A stretch of 64,000 bases of DNA from a virus (IMGVR_UViG_3300032038_009890:128001-192000); one strand, 5' to 3'. Shown: positions 27,121-37,769, counted from the first letter of the stretch. Program-made: numbers and translations. Notes: generated by a model not told the origin, from the sequence alone.

Positions 27121-28356
27121 ATGGATAATACAGTAACTATAATAGATTCCATAATGGGATCAGGCAAAACAACTTGGGCAATTAACTATATGAAATCCCA
27201 CAGAGAGAAATCATTTATCTATATCACTCCATTTCTTGATGAATGTAAGAGAATACAAACATCTTGCGCTCCAGAATTAGATTTCGTTGCGCCAGTACGA
27301 AAATGGCCCAGACTATCAAAATTAGATAATATACAAGAGTTAATTAATGCGGGAGAAAATATAGTATCATCTCACGAATTATTTAAAAGATTTGATGATA
27401 ATGTAAAGTCATTATTATTATATAGTGTAGATTATACATTAGTCATAGATGAGGTGCTTGATATAATCACGCCATATAAAATCACAAAAGATGATATAAG
27501 AATACTAAAGTCAAGCAATGTAATATCAATAGATAATAATGGCCTTTGTCATTGGAATAAAGATATGGATGACTATAGTGGACGTTATGATGATATTCGT
27601 CAAATAGCTATATCTGGCAATCTTGTTTGTGTTGATAATACATTTTTCTTATGGAGATATAACCCAGAGATATTTAAGCTTTTTAAGGATATATTTATAA
27701 TGACTTATCTTTTTGATGGAAGCATTATGAAAGGATACTTCGACTATTATGGTATTAAATATAATAAAATGTCATTGCATGAAGGTAAGCTAATTCCTTA
27801 TCAACCATTTGACACAACTAAAATTCAAAAATTAATTAATATATATGAAGGAAAGCTTAATGATGGTTTTACTAAATCAGCGCTTTCTAAAACATGGTAT
27901 GAAGATAGAGATAACACAAAATACATTAATCAATTAAGAAATAATTTAGATAATTATTATAGACATATAGTAAATGCAAAATCAGATTCTAGGCTTTGGA
28001 CAACATTTGAAGACAATAAAGAGACAATTGAAAAACAAAGATATAAAAATAATTTTATACCATGTAATTCCAGAGCAACAAATATTTATGAAGATAAATA
28101 TAATCTTGCTTATTTAGTAAATATATATATGCATCCAGGAATAATACATTTTCTAGCGCAAAAACAAATTGTTGTAAATAAAGAATTATACGCATTAAGT
28201 GTGTTACTCCAATGGATTTGGCGGTCTAGAATAAGAAATGGTTTATCTATAAATATTTATATACCATCAAAAAGAATGAGAGAATTATTTAAATCGTGGC
28301 TTAATAATACTTCATATCTGTATACGAATTTAAATAATATAAATCCGAGTGAATAA
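27121..28356 (+). CDS. SF2 helicase-like P-loop protein
   Basis: DSIMGSGKT Walker A, IDEV Walker B, QWIWRSRIR. Confidence 0.8.
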   Translation: MDNTVTIIDSIMGSGKTTWAINYMKSHREKSFIYITPFLDECKRIQTSCAPELDFVAPVRKWPRLSKLDNIQELINAGENIVSSHELFKRFDDNVKSLLLYSVDYTLVIDEVLDIITPYKITKDDIRILKSSNVISIDNNGLCHWNKDMDDYSGRYDDIRQIAISGNLVCVDNTFFLWRYNPEIFKLFKDIFIMTYLFDGSIMKGYFDYYGIKYNKMSLHEGKLIPYQPFDTTKIQKLINIYEGKLNDGFTKSALSKTWYEDRDNTKYINQLRNNLDNYYRHIVNAKSDSRLWTTFEDNKETIEKQRYKNNFIPCNSRATNIYEDKYNLAYLVNIYMHPGIIHFLAQKQIVVNKELYALSVLLQWIWRSRIRNGLSINIYIPSKRMRELFKSWLNNTSYLYTNLNNINPSE

Positions 28357-28652
28357 AAATATATATAAAATAACTTGGACAAAAATCTTGTCCAAAAATT
28401 CAATTTTAGGTCCAAAAAACCCTTATAAACATTGGGTCTAATAATTTGAGTTATTAGAAGAGTTAGTATATTAAGTAATATTTATTTCCACAATACCAAA
28501 ATATATAACTATGTTTTTTTAAGCTTCACCTGCTTCTTCAACTGTATAGGCGATGAGGAAGCCAGTGGTTTTCTGGCTTCCTCATCGCAATGGGCCTCCT
28601 AACGGAAGCCAAGGTCAACATTAATATTTCTATATAGAAAGGACCCAAAACC

Positions 28653-29786
28653 ATGCAAATACTAACTGATCAATCCCAATACAACAACATCCATGGCAAA
28701 ATCGGCCTAATAGATGCAGACCTACTTGATGGTGGCACCAGATTCCCTAACCTCGTCATAGAAAAGCTTTCAGGTTACTATAAAGAGCGTGGCCTAGATA
28801 TCTCGCTTATCTGTTCCTATAAAGACCTCGATCCTTCTACTTACGACACTATCTTTCTATCTAGGGTCTTCGACTTCACAGAAGTACCTGAAGAAATACT
28901 TGCCGCGCCTAATGTCTATGTAGGTGGCACAGGATTCTTCTTTGACAAAGCTACTCCTCTCCCCTACTCTATAGAGCATCATATGCCTGACTATCATATC
29001 TACGACCGGTACATCGAATTAAACAAAACCAGATTCAAGGCTAAGAACTATTTTGATAATTATAACTATAGCGTAGGCTTTGCTACACGGGGCTGTTTTA
29101 GGCAGTGCCCATTCTGTGTGAATCAGAACTATAAGAAGGTAGAGTTCAATGCGCATATATCAGAATTCTACGATCCTTCTACTAAAGGTATAGTCCTGCT
29201 CGATGATAATATCTTAGGATATAGTAAATGGCATGAAATACTTACTGAATTGCACGAAATAAATAGACCTTTTATGTTTAAGCAGGGCATGGATATACGC
29301 TTAATGACTGTAGATAAGGCAAAGATGCTTAATGACTCTAAGTACATCGACAGATTTATCTTTGCATTTGATAATATCAATGATAGGCCGCAAGTAGAGC
29401 ATGGTCTTGCTATTTGGCGCGAATACTGTAAGCGCAGGTCTATGTTATATGTCTTAACAGGATTCTATAGTCAGGATGCAGAGGACATTAAAGCTATATT
29501 TGAGCGTTGTGATGTTTTAGAAAAATATGATTGTTTACCCTATCTTATGAGGCATAAAAACTATCTGAATAGTCCTTATAAGGGATTATATATTTCTCTG
29601 GCCAGATGGATGAATCAGCACAATATGTTTAAGAATAAGACCTTCAGAGAATTCGTTAATGTTAGTCAGAGTCAAATTAAGCGCGAAGGATTTATTGGCG
29701 CTGATTTAAGAGCATTGCGCCAGTTTGAAAATGATTGCCCAGAGATTGCTAAAAAGTGGTTCGACAAAAGATATAATATTAGCTAA
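28653..29786 (+). CDS. Radical SAM protein with a B12-binding-like N-terminus
   Basis: TRGCFRQCPFC (CxxxCxxC), FPNL, LLDDN, QGMDIR. Confidence 0.85.
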   Translation: MQILTDQSQYNNIHGKIGLIDADLLDGGTRFPNLVIEKLSGYYKERGLDISLICSYKDLDPSTYDTIFLSRVFDFTEVPEEILAAPNVYVGGTGFFFDKATPLPYSIEHHMPDYHIYDRYIELNKTRFKAKNYFDNYNYSVGFATRGCFRQCPFCVNQNYKKVEFNAHISEFYDPSTKGIVLLDDNILGYSKWHEILTELHEINRPFMFKQGMDIRLMTVDKAKMLNDSKYIDRFIFAFDNINDRPQVEHGLAIWREYCKRRSMLYVLTGFYSQDAEDIKAIFERCDVLEKYDCLPYLMRHKNYLNSPYKGLYISLARWMNQHNMFKNKTFREFVNVSQSQIKREGFIGADLRALRQFENDCPEIAKKWFDKRYNIS

Positions 29787-29798
29787 AGGAGAATACTA

Positions 29799-30230
29799 AT
29801 GAATAATAACGATCTATTACAACTACTCCAGGATAATGGCTATACCAAACAAGACTTACTTAACTACGCAAATGCTATTGCAGATGCCGATCGCAAAGCC
29901 GCGATTATTGCAGAAGATAATGAGAAGTTATCTTATTTAGGGAAATGCTATAAAGTGGATCATACTTACTATAAAGTAATATCACGCCTTGGTTATTATC
30001 ATAGAGAGGTAAGTTGTTTATTCTTTGGCGAAGACCCTGTTTTAACTTTGCATCTAGATTATAATGGAATTCGCGGTGAGGTTATACTGGACTCAGATAG
30101 TGTTATAGATGTAGCCTCCGTGAGCTTAGACAAATTACTACGAGGCGTTGAGATCACACTAGAAGAATTTAATAAGGCGTATGATAACTATGTAAATATT
30201 CTAAAGGAGATAGTATGGATAGAGGATTAA
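29799..30230 (+). CDS. Hypothetical protein, paralog of 34736-35170
   Basis: LGKC..YYKV..EITLEEF. Confidence 0.6.
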   Translation: MNNNDLLQLLQDNGYTKQDLLNYANAIADADRKAAIIAEDNEKLSYLGKCYKVDHTYYKVISRLGYYHREVSCLFFGEDPVLTLHLDYNGIRGEVILDSDSVIDVASVSLDKLLRGVEITLEEFNKAYDNYVNILKEIVWIED

Positions 30231-30607
30231 AACCCTGCTTAGAGGCAGTACATATTGTACAAGATATTTTAGCAGAACATCCAGATACAGGGCAGAAGTT
30301 ATATGAGGAGACTATATGGACTTTCGTGCTAGATAAGATGGCGTGGGCAGAGTTATATGCGGTGCCTGATAAAGAAAGTATTGTTTCTATTGATGTATTC
30401 GTGCATCCAAATTATCGAGGACATGATTTGGGCAAGCTCTGTGTAAAGAAATGCATAGACTGGGCGCAAGATAATGGTGTATATTGTATAGAATGGTATG
30501 TTAGGGCTAGGAATAAAGCATCTATATACCTTGCGCAAAGTTGCGGCTTTACTATAGTACCGTATATGAGTAATCATCTATGGACTACTTTGGCGCTTCG
30601 CTTATAG
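30215..30607 (+). CDS. GNAT acetyltransferase
   Basis: VHPNYRGHDLG motif A, NKASIYLAQSCGF. Confidence 0.85.
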   Translation: MDRGLKPCLEAVHIVQDILAEHPDTGQKLYEETIWTFVLDKMAWAELYAVPDKESIVSIDVFVHPNYRGHDLGKLCVKKCIDWAQDNGVYCIEWYVRARNKASIYLAQSCGFTIVPYMSNHLWTTLALRL

Positions 30608-30684
30608 GCGAAAACTATTGACTTTTATCCTCAAATGTCATATAATGTAAAGTGATGCAGATCAACTTGATTCGGAGGAAAGAT

Positions 30685-31311
30685 ATGAAGAAGAAAGCAC
30701 TTAAAAGTGATGGTTTGATTATCTATAACAACTTTGGTGATCTTTATCCTGCAAACGTCTATGCAGAGAGTCCTAATGCCGTGCAGACGGCGCCAGATGG
30801 CACCCGCCACCTCATGTATGGTTATTATGTTGTAGATACGCGCCACATTCTAGGCGGCGGGTTTAGACTGTGTGAAGCAAATAAGAACAACCCTGAAATA
30901 GAGCGAGAGCCTCGTCTTTATGACTCTGTTGCGGAAATTGAGGCCCTGCCTATGCTTTGTCCAGAAAGCGGCGAGTTTATTGGCTATAAGATAGTCTTTG
31001 TTGGCGAGCGTACGGGTGTATATGCCATTGCAAAGCTTCTTATTCCTGCTGATGCCAAGAGGACTAATGCCTACGGGCATACCCAGTGCCGTGCTGATAA
31101 GGTCAAGGTTCTGGATATCTATTCCTGTGGGCATCACTATAATGAGGGTCATAATTTGGGCCTTAACACGGCATCTGCTGAAACTACATATACTGTGGGC
31201 AAAATGGTCTATGCTAATGGGTTTTGCGGCGACAGGTGGAAGATCACGGAGCAGGGCATTCACTATTTTATGACTGAGAAAGATACTATGAGGTGGTGGG
31301 GAGATGAATAA
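30685..31311 (+). CDS. DUF5758-like domain protein 1
   Basis: YK..KLLIPADAKR..CRADKVKVL..GIHYFM; promoter TTGACT-N17-TATAAT upstream. Confidence 0.7.
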   Translation: MKKKALKSDGLIIYNNFGDLYPANVYAESPNAVQTAPDGTRHLMYGYYVVDTRHILGGGFRLCEANKNNPEIEREPRLYDSVAEIEALPMLCPESGEFIGYKIVFVGERTGVYAIAKLLIPADAKRTNAYGHTQCRADKVKVLDIYSCGHHYNEGHNLGLNTASAETTYTVGKMVYANGFCGDRWKITEQGIHYFMTEKDTMRWWGDE

Positions 31312-31930
31312 GAGAAAGTCTTTGGTAAGTGATGGTTATGTTCTTTCTGACTATGGCGGGGAGCTTTATCCTGTTGCCGTATATGTGCCGAATGCCTCTG
31401 TAATCCAAGAAGAAAAGGATGGGCGGCGCTTTATTCTCTATGGGCACTATATAGCAGATATGCGTAATATCATGGGCATTAAGGACTTTATGATCTTAGA
31501 TGCCGAGGCATCGCTCTGCGGGGTTAGTTCTACGCCCAGACTTTATGATTCTATTGATGAGATTAAAGCACTGCCGATGATCTGCCCAGAGCAGGGTGCC
31601 TTTGAGGCATACAAGCCTGTTCTCGTGGAGGATAATAGAGCATATAAGTATGGCACCGCGCGCATTATGGTCCCTGCTGATGCTCTGCGGGTTAATCCTT
31701 ATGGCCAGAAGTGGTGCCGTGCTAACAAGATCACTATTCTTGATATCTATGATGAGAATGGCGCTCATTATGCCGGGGCAACAAGCCCGAGTGTTTGTCA
31801 GGACAGCAGTGCGGGCGTTATGTATCATGTGGGCGAGACTATCTGCGCAGATTTTATGGACCTTGACAGGCGTATAATAAACACGCATGGCATTATCTTT
31901 TTTATGGAGGAAGAAGATTTATGGCAGTAA
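31304..31930 (+). CDS. DUF5758-like domain protein 2
   Basis: Close paralog of 30685; CRANKITIL..HGIIFFM. Confidence 0.7.
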   Translation: MNKRKSLVSDGYVLSDYGGELYPVAVYVPNASVIQEEKDGRRFILYGHYIADMRNIMGIKDFMILDAEASLCGVSSTPRLYDSIDEIKALPMICPEQGAFEAYKPVLVEDNRAYKYGTARIMVPADALRVNPYGQKWCRANKITILDIYDENGAHYAGATSPSVCQDSSAGVMYHVGETICADFMDLDRRIINTHGIIFFMEEEDLWQ

Positions 31931-32577
31931 AGTGTATTGACAATCTTGTGGACCCTGCTCTCAAATGCACCTACTCTAAAATTAGGTATCTTGTCGCTAA
32001 TTATGCAAGTAGTAGCGAGTGCCTATATGATATGATTATTAAGTTTAACAAGGATACTGGAGAAGGTATTATTGTTCTGGACGGCTATAATCACAACAAT
32101 GAATCGCAGAAGGTTTATGTTGATATTCATGCACAGGATATTGATGAGATGCCCAACGTCTTTAAGGTGTATTCGAAGGCGCTGAATTATCGCATTGACG
32201 AGAATGATATGCCGTGTCCTATAGTGGGTGAGTTTGAGGCTTATAAGATAGGTGCTAAAGGCATTCTAGACAAGCCTGTGTTGATCAAGCTGAGTATCCC
32301 TGTTAATGCGGAGAGGATTGCGCCGTGGTACTCTAGAAAGTGTCGCGCAAGTTGGGCGAAGGTGCTGTCTATTGAGGCCTTGGATGGGAGCAAGAGCTAT
32401 AAGAAGTGCAGGAGTGCTTATGATCGCAAGTTTAAGTATGTTGTGGGGAAAACTGTTCGCGCTGATTCTTTTGATGTTGATAGGCGGATTGAGTGTACGC
32501 ATGGCATTCATTTCTTTATGACTGAACGGGAGGCGCGGCATTATGAATCTAGCGGTGCCTTCTATGGGATTGTCTGA
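31921..32577 (+). CDS. DUF5758-like domain protein 3
   Basis: KCRASWAKVL..FDVDRRIECTHGIHFFM. Confidence 0.7.
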   Translation: MAVKCIDNLVDPALKCTYSKIRYLVANYASSSECLYDMIIKFNKDTGEGIIVLDGYNHNNESQKVYVDIHAQDIDEMPNVFKVYSKALNYRIDENDMPCPIVGEFEAYKIGAKGILDKPVLIKLSIPVNAERIAPWYSRKCRASWAKVLSIEALDGSKSYKKCRSAYDRKFKYVVGKTVRADSFDVDRRIECTHGIHFFMTEREARHYESSGAFYGIV

Positions 32578-32663
32578 GGAGGTACTAGATGGGCAAAAAG
32601 GAATATTATGCTCTATTCGCTTATAATAAAAAGGATTCTAGAATTGTAAAAATTACTGTTGAT

Positions 32664-34652
32664 GATTGTTTCGTAAAAGTGAAGTATAATTTGTCATATT
32701 AACTCCGTAGCCGGAAAGCTTGTTTGTGAAACGAGGTGAGAGGATGATGGAACAAGGCCAAACAATGACTATATCAAGCGGCAACAGGAAGGCGTATCGT
32801 AAGGCATCCCCGAGACATGTCGTAACGTTTGAGGCTAATATGACCGAGGATCAAAAACGGCATTGTTTCGCAATATCTAACCGTCTTCGTATCGCTGGAA
32901 ATAAGGTCGCTGAAATCATGAAAGACCGTCTTGAATCTCTGATGGCTTCAGAGGAGTACAAGAGTCTTCAAAAAACTTACGGAGAAGTAAGCCAAGAGCT
33001 TGGTAAGGTCAAAGCTAACAGTCCGGATTATAAACATCTGAAATCCGAACGCAAGAAGATAGGAGACTTGATGGACAAAGCCCAGTTAATGAACGGGATT
33101 TCGCAAGATGCCACGCGGGAAGTCATGAAGCAGTATGCCCCGGATCTTAAACTGAACAGCCAGATTGCAAGAAAAAGGGCAGATGACGTCTGGATGGGCG
33201 TACGTAATGTTTTGTATGGCAATGGGAAGACCATCCATTTCAAACCTCGTGGAGATCTTCCTGCCATAACGGCAGTTGAAGCAACAAGCGCAATTCCTAT
33301 TCATGTTGGAAAAGATGGTCATTTAGAATTCAGCATGAATGGGGTCGGAGACTTTGGAATCATCATTCCAGAAATGGACTATTTTCTTCAGGATGAAGAA
33401 CAGGCAATTGTAAACTTCTTAAGGAATCCGGCTCTAGAAGATGAATGCGTCCTGCAATATAAGGCTGACAAAACAGTCATTCCTGTATTCAGGCCATGTT
33501 ATGCCGCAATCATATGTAAGGAAATCAGGCATCGCTTGCGAGTATATGTACAGATATGTGTTGCTGATGAGCCATGCAGGAAATTAGATAGATGGGGACG
33601 TACCAGGCATATTTCTGGAAAAGGAAGAGTTGGTGTAGACTTAGGGCCTCAATCTTTCGCATCCGTATCTAATTCTGAGGTATCTTTGTCAAACTTGGCA
33701 GAGAGAAACGGGAAATGCACTAAATGTCATGAGGAAAGAAAAGCATTTCTTAAAAAAGCTATGGACCGTTCACGTAGGGGTACTAATCCTGAACGGTTCA
33801 ATAAGAACGGGACATACAAGAAGGGAACTAAAGGGAAGTGGAAGGAATCCAATCACTACAGGAACTTACGGTACGAATTACGAGAACTAGAAAGAAAAGA
33901 CGCTGAAAGCAGGCTTTATTCTATCAGGACTGATGCCAATAAGCTGAGAGAAGAAGCAGATGTGTGTATTATCGAAGAACCTAATGCGTCAAGACTGGCC
34001 AAAAGGTCCTTAAAAACCGAAAGACAAGAGACTGAGACTGAAATCGTTTCTAAAGATGGGACGGTTAAAAAGGTAAAAAAATATAAGCGCAAGAAACGTT
34101 TTGGTAAGTCCATACATCACCGGTGTCCAGGAGAATTTCAGGCGGAACTCGCAAATAAGTTCAGAGATGGATATCACGTAGTTCCCAAAATGTATAGGGC
34201 AAGCCAGTATGATCATATATTGGATGATTATATCAAGAAAAAGTTATCCGAACGGTGGCATACCCTTCCGGACGGAAAAAGAATCCAGCGCGATATATAC
34301 TCTGCGTTCTTACTATATTGTGCGGATGAGAATTTTAAAGCAATAGACCGTCAGAAGTGCATAGATAAATTTGACGAGTTTTGGATAAAACACAACAAAT
34401 TGATTGAAACAATTATAAAGAACGGATTGTCTATATGTAATTCCGGAATTTCTTTTAAGAGCTAAAATTCCGGGAAATTACTGCAAAATCAATCAAACGG
34501 GCGTTTGACTTAGCGCCTGGTCTGGTTCGCCAGACGAAAAGACTTTGCGAAATCGGGCGTCTTCTCCGAGAAGATACTTGGCGGGTCTATAATCCTGGCT
34601 CCGGGTAACCCTCATCCAAGAGCCCCACGGGCTTGCCCGTGGGTTAAGTCAG
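32664..34652 (+). mobile_element. Non-autonomous IS200/IS605-type element (tnpB only)
   Basis: Follows TTGAT; subterminal hairpin CCCACGGG-CTTG-CCCGTGGG at 34624-34643; ends TCAG; no tnpA and no target duplication. Confidence 0.75.
32744..34465 (+). CDS. tnpB: TnpB RNA-guided RuvC nuclease
   Basis: RuvC-I GVDLG, RuvC-II IIEE, RuvC-III QRDIYSA. Confidence 0.85.
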   Translation: MMEQGQTMTISSGNRKAYRKASPRHVVTFEANMTEDQKRHCFAISNRLRIAGNKVAEIMKDRLESLMASEEYKSLQKTYGEVSQELGKVKANSPDYKHLKSERKKIGDLMDKAQLMNGISQDATREVMKQYAPDLKLNSQIARKRADDVWMGVRNVLYGNGKTIHFKPRGDLPAITAVEATSAIPIHVGKDGHLEFSMNGVGDFGIIIPEMDYFLQDEEQAIVNFLRNPALEDECVLQYKADKTVIPVFRPCYAAIICKEIRHRLRVYVQICVADEPCRKLDRWGRTRHISGKGRVGVDLGPQSFASVSNSEVSLSNLAERNGKCTKCHEERKAFLKKAMDRSRRGTNPERFNKNGTYKKGTKGKWKESNHYRNLRYELRELERKDAESRLYSIRTDANKLREEADVCIIEEPNASRLAKRSLKTERQETETEIVSKDGTVKKVKKYKRKKRFGKSIHHRCPGEFQAELANKFRDGYHVVPKMYRASQYDHILDDYIKKKLSERWHTLPDGKRIQRDIYSAFLLYCADENFKAIDRQKCIDKFDEFWIKHNKLIETIIKNGLSICNSGISFKS

Positions 34653-34735
34653 AGAGAAATGGTATGCGGTGGTGGCATCCATCTTTTCATGAGAAAGGAA
34701 GAAGCAATTAATTACTGGACATAAGAGGTGAAGCT

Positions 34736-35170
34736 ATGTTTTCTGATGAAGAGCGCAATGACTTTGCGGAATTTATCAAAAAGTACAACTACACAGCAGA
34801 ACGTTTTCTGGAAGTTTTGGGCACTGAAGTAAAAGAAGTAAAGCGTGAAAACGCTAAAGCTAAGCAAGAAACACAGCGCAGAAAAAACGAGACTTTACTT
34901 GGCAAATGTTTTAGAGATAATAAGGAAGAATGCTACTATAAGGTAATGATGCTTGGACATGGTAATGACGTTGTTTGCTTAAGTAGTCCTTTCTGGTTGG
35001 AAGTGTATTATTCTGGAGATAGCTGTGATGAAGCGAGATTTGCTGATTATGTTGATCTTTGTAGCATCGATGCCGATCGTTTCTGGAATAGACTCAAAGA
35101 AGTTACTCTAGAAGAGTTTGACAATTCTGTACGCAATTGGACTGAAAAAGTGTTGAATTTAGTGATTTGA
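34736..35170 (+). CDS. Hypothetical protein, paralog of 29799
   Basis: LGKCF..YYKV..EVTLEEF. Confidence 0.6.
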   Translation: MFSDEERNDFAEFIKKYNYTAERFLEVLGTEVKEVKRENAKAKQETQRRKNETLLGKCFRDNKEECYYKVMMLGHGNDVVCLSSPFWLEVYYSGDSCDEARFADYVDLCSIDADRFWNRLKEVTLEEFDNSVRNWTEKVLNLVI

Positions 35171-35880
35171 TATCTAAGAGATGGAGCAGAGCTATGGCAG
35201 TGATGACATATAAGGAACTGAAAAAGCGCGGTCTGAATCACGGCGTTGTATGGTTTGGATATCTCGGTGTCTTAGAATATTTTATGCCTGATGGGACTTA
35301 TCTTATAAAGGGTGATTTTGGTAATGGTTCCAGTGAATATTTGAGCATATTAGATTGTTATGAATTAAGTGATGATCTTACAATGACAAAGGTATGTTGT
35401 GATATTGCTGGCATAAAGTTTAGGGATAGGCAAAATAATATTGTTTTTGCGAAAAATAGTAAAGAATTGATTAAGTACTGCAAGAATATGCCTATTCGCG
35501 TTCCTAGATATAAGGATGTAGGCACTTTGGCCTATAAGCTGTTGCGAGTGAATCAATGGGAATGGGACGAGGTTCAAAACGAATATGCAATGTGCGTTCT
35601 GGAGATTCCGCCCGAGGCAAGGTGTACTAGTCCCTATTTTGGCACAAAGTGCCGTGCAGATATGGCAAAGGTGCGCGGAATCTGGAAGCTGAATTGGGAC
35701 GGCTCTTTAGGCGAGAAATTGATTCTCGCCTACTCCCCTTTTATAGAGGGCGCAGATGCGATGTGTTATGTCTTGGGGATGACAATGATTTCAGAATATA
35801 ATCCCTCTAGACTTGTGGAGTGTACAAGGGGTATACATTTTTATATGACCAAAGAAGAGGTTCTGAATGTGTATAAATAG
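35167..35880 (+). CDS. DUF5758-like domain protein
   Basis: AYK..LEIPPEAR..KCRADMAKV..ECTRGIHFYMTKEE. Confidence 0.7.
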   Translation: MISKRWSRAMAVMTYKELKKRGLNHGVVWFGYLGVLEYFMPDGTYLIKGDFGNGSSEYLSILDCYELSDDLTMTKVCCDIAGIKFRDRQNNIVFAKNSKELIKYCKNMPIRVPRYKDVGTLAYKLLRVNQWEWDEVQNEYAMCVLEIPPEARCTSPYFGTKCRADMAKVRGIWKLNWDGSLGEKLILAYSPFIEGADAMCYVLGMTMISEYNPSRLVECTRGIHFYMTKEEVLNVYK

Positions 35881-36023
35881 CTTAGGCCTAGTACGGAGAT
35901 GAAAAGCAATGTTTGAAAAGGTTAGAGACTAATAGAAAATAATTGCGGCGGGAATATACGTATAGCATTTATTTCATTATGAGCAAAGAAGAAATGTATG
36001 AAGATGTAATATGAGGAGTAAAT

Positions 36024-37157
36024 ATGTTTAAGTTAAATGATGTGCTTTATGATAATGAAGATAAATCTTTACATGTATACGCATGGAGAGATTTTTCTAG
36101 AAAGTCTTTGCCGTTTGGAGTACATAATGTGCGGCTAAAGAATTGTAGAATTGGCGCAGAGACATTTAAGGGTGCTAAGTTGGATAATCTTGATGTTATT
36201 AACTGTGAGGTTGTACGCCCCGAGAATGATATTAATGAATACATAAATACCATTTGTGGAAATAATACGCCAGATGATTGTTTGCTGTATTATCTTTGTA
36301 ATGGTAATGCTGAGAATGTTTATGGGCACTATTGGATTAGTCAACATTTTTATTCGTATTGCACGACATTTGCGTCTGGAATGTTTAGCACCAAGAATGC
36401 AAAGAGATTCACTGGATATTATGAGGCGGATGTTGAGCTTCCAGAGGATTTGGATCAGCTTGCTATTGTAGATAGTATTGGGTCTTGTCACTCTAAGGTT
36501 ATTGTTAAGGCCGATTGTTTTTATGATGAGATTAAGTTGTATTCTGCCGAGTGTATTATTGCAGAGCAAGTGAATCCTATTGTTGTATATGTACAAGGTG
36601 GTAAGAGGATGTTTTGCGCCGACGTAAGTGCAAAGTTTCCAACTGATGGTGATATTAAGCTGTATAGGACGTTTGAGGAAGCTAGGAAAAAGAGTGATGA
36701 AAGAAAGTTGGTCACTGGTATAGCATTCTTTAATGGGCATGATACTTTGGCGAATATTCTTGCTTATAAGGATAGGGAGCTTGTTTGTTATAAATTGGTT
36801 AAGGCGTCTACTAATGCTGACAGCACGTCCTATAAACAGGCTATAGTAAAGCTTACTATACCTGCAAAAGTAAAGAAATATGTCTTTAATGGCGGAAAAT
36901 GTCGTTGTGAAAGTGCATATGTGGATGATATTAAAGTGATTAGTCCTAACGCAAGATCAATCTTTGGTGATAAGAGAGAAAAGTATTTGTTTTATACGGG
37001 AGGCTATAACAAGCTTTTTGATTATACTGAGAATCAAATATACTATAATGTTGGAGAGAATATTCGCGCAGAAAAATTTGATAAACGTTATACTCCAAGT
37101 GGTGATGGGATAATTTGTTATACTAGTTTGGAAAAAGCTTTGGAGGAAACATTATGA
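36024..37157 (+). CDS. Protein with a C-terminal DUF5758-like domain
   Basis: CYKLV..KLTIPA..KCRCESAYV..YNVGE..GDGI. Confidence 0.65.
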   Translation: MFKLNDVLYDNEDKSLHVYAWRDFSRKSLPFGVHNVRLKNCRIGAETFKGAKLDNLDVINCEVVRPENDINEYINTICGNNTPDDCLLYYLCNGNAENVYGHYWISQHFYSYCTTFASGMFSTKNAKRFTGYYEADVELPEDLDQLAIVDSIGSCHSKVIVKADCFYDEIKLYSAECIIAEQVNPIVVYVQGGKRMFCADVSAKFPTDGDIKLYRTFEEARKKSDERKLVTGIAFFNGHDTLANILAYKDRELVCYKLVKASTNADSTSYKQAIVKLTIPAKVKKYVFNGGKCRCESAYVDDIKVISPNARSIFGDKREKYLFYTGGYNKLFDYTENQIYYNVGENIRAEKFDKRYTPSGDGIICYTSLEKALEETL

Positions 37158-37390
37158 TAATATTAAATAAAGTAAACAACAAGGGATCTTTAGTCTCGGG
37201 AGATAATAACGATTACGATGGTTACCATTCTATAAAGATGTATGTAACCAGGGAACAGATGGATGAGTATATTCGCGCGAGATTAGACGATGAATCTAAA
37301 GAACAATTTAAAGATGCTTGGTTTGTGCCCACAAATGCAGTTCTTTGTATGGATGGCTCTTTGGAAGTAACGTTTATTACCGCGATTTGA
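37154..37390 (+). CDS. Hypothetical protein
   Basis: GGAGG RBS; translationally coupled. Confidence 0.55.
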   Translation: MIILNKVNNKGSLVSGDNNDYDGYHSIKMYVTREQMDEYIRARLDDESKEQFKDAWFVPTNAVLCMDGSLEVTFITAI

Positions 37391-37400
37391 GGGCAAGATA

Positions 37401-37616
37401 ATGTGGTATGATGATTGTTTTAATAGAAGTTATAATACAAAAGGGCTTTTAGATTTTAGTGGACCTAGTCCAGAGACGATTCTGCTTCAGCAGAAACTGT
37501 TGGAAAATCAAAAAAAGCTAGAAGAGCTTAAGAATGCTAGGCAGGAAGAAATCGAAAAGAGATTGACACGACTTGAAGGGGCTGTATTTGGTGATGGGAA
37601 AGGTATTACCTGGTAA
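37401..37616 (+). CDS. Small coiled-coil protein
   Basis: GAGG RBS. Confidence 0.5.
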   Translation: MWYDDCFNRSYNTKGLLDFSGPSPETILLQQKLLENQKKLEELKNARQEEIEKRLTRLEGAVFGDGKGITW

Positions 37617-37628
37617 AGGAAAAATCTT

Positions 37629-37769
37629 ATGGGTATTTTAGATATTGTAACTATTGTATTAATAGTGCTTAAAGCACTTAATATTGTGGAGCTTAGTTGG
37701 CTCCAAGTGTTTCTGCCGCTGATTATTGAGGTGTGCTTAGCACTGCTAGTTGAGATTTTAAAACATTAA
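37629..37769 (+). CDS. Small membrane protein
   Basis: LIVLKAL..SWLQVFLPL; 46 aa, hydrophobic. Confidence 0.55.
   Translation: MGILDIVTIVLIVLKALNIVELSWLQVFLPLIIEVCLALLVEILKH

Larger units (their letters stand above)
32589..34724 (+). pseudogene. DUF5758-like gene interrupted by the tnpB element
   Basis: 32589-32663 joins 34653-34724 in frame: KITVD|REMVCGGGIHLFM. Confidence 0.6.

Noticed and set aside
28550-28588. Perfect 16-bp hairpin as a mobile element or ncRNA
   Set aside because: Single copy with no other support; it could be a terminator or origin feature, and I cannot assign it.
32744-34465. Cas12-type CRISPR effector
   Set aside because: No adjacent array; the IS-type right-end hairpin and insertion into a gene fit TnpB.
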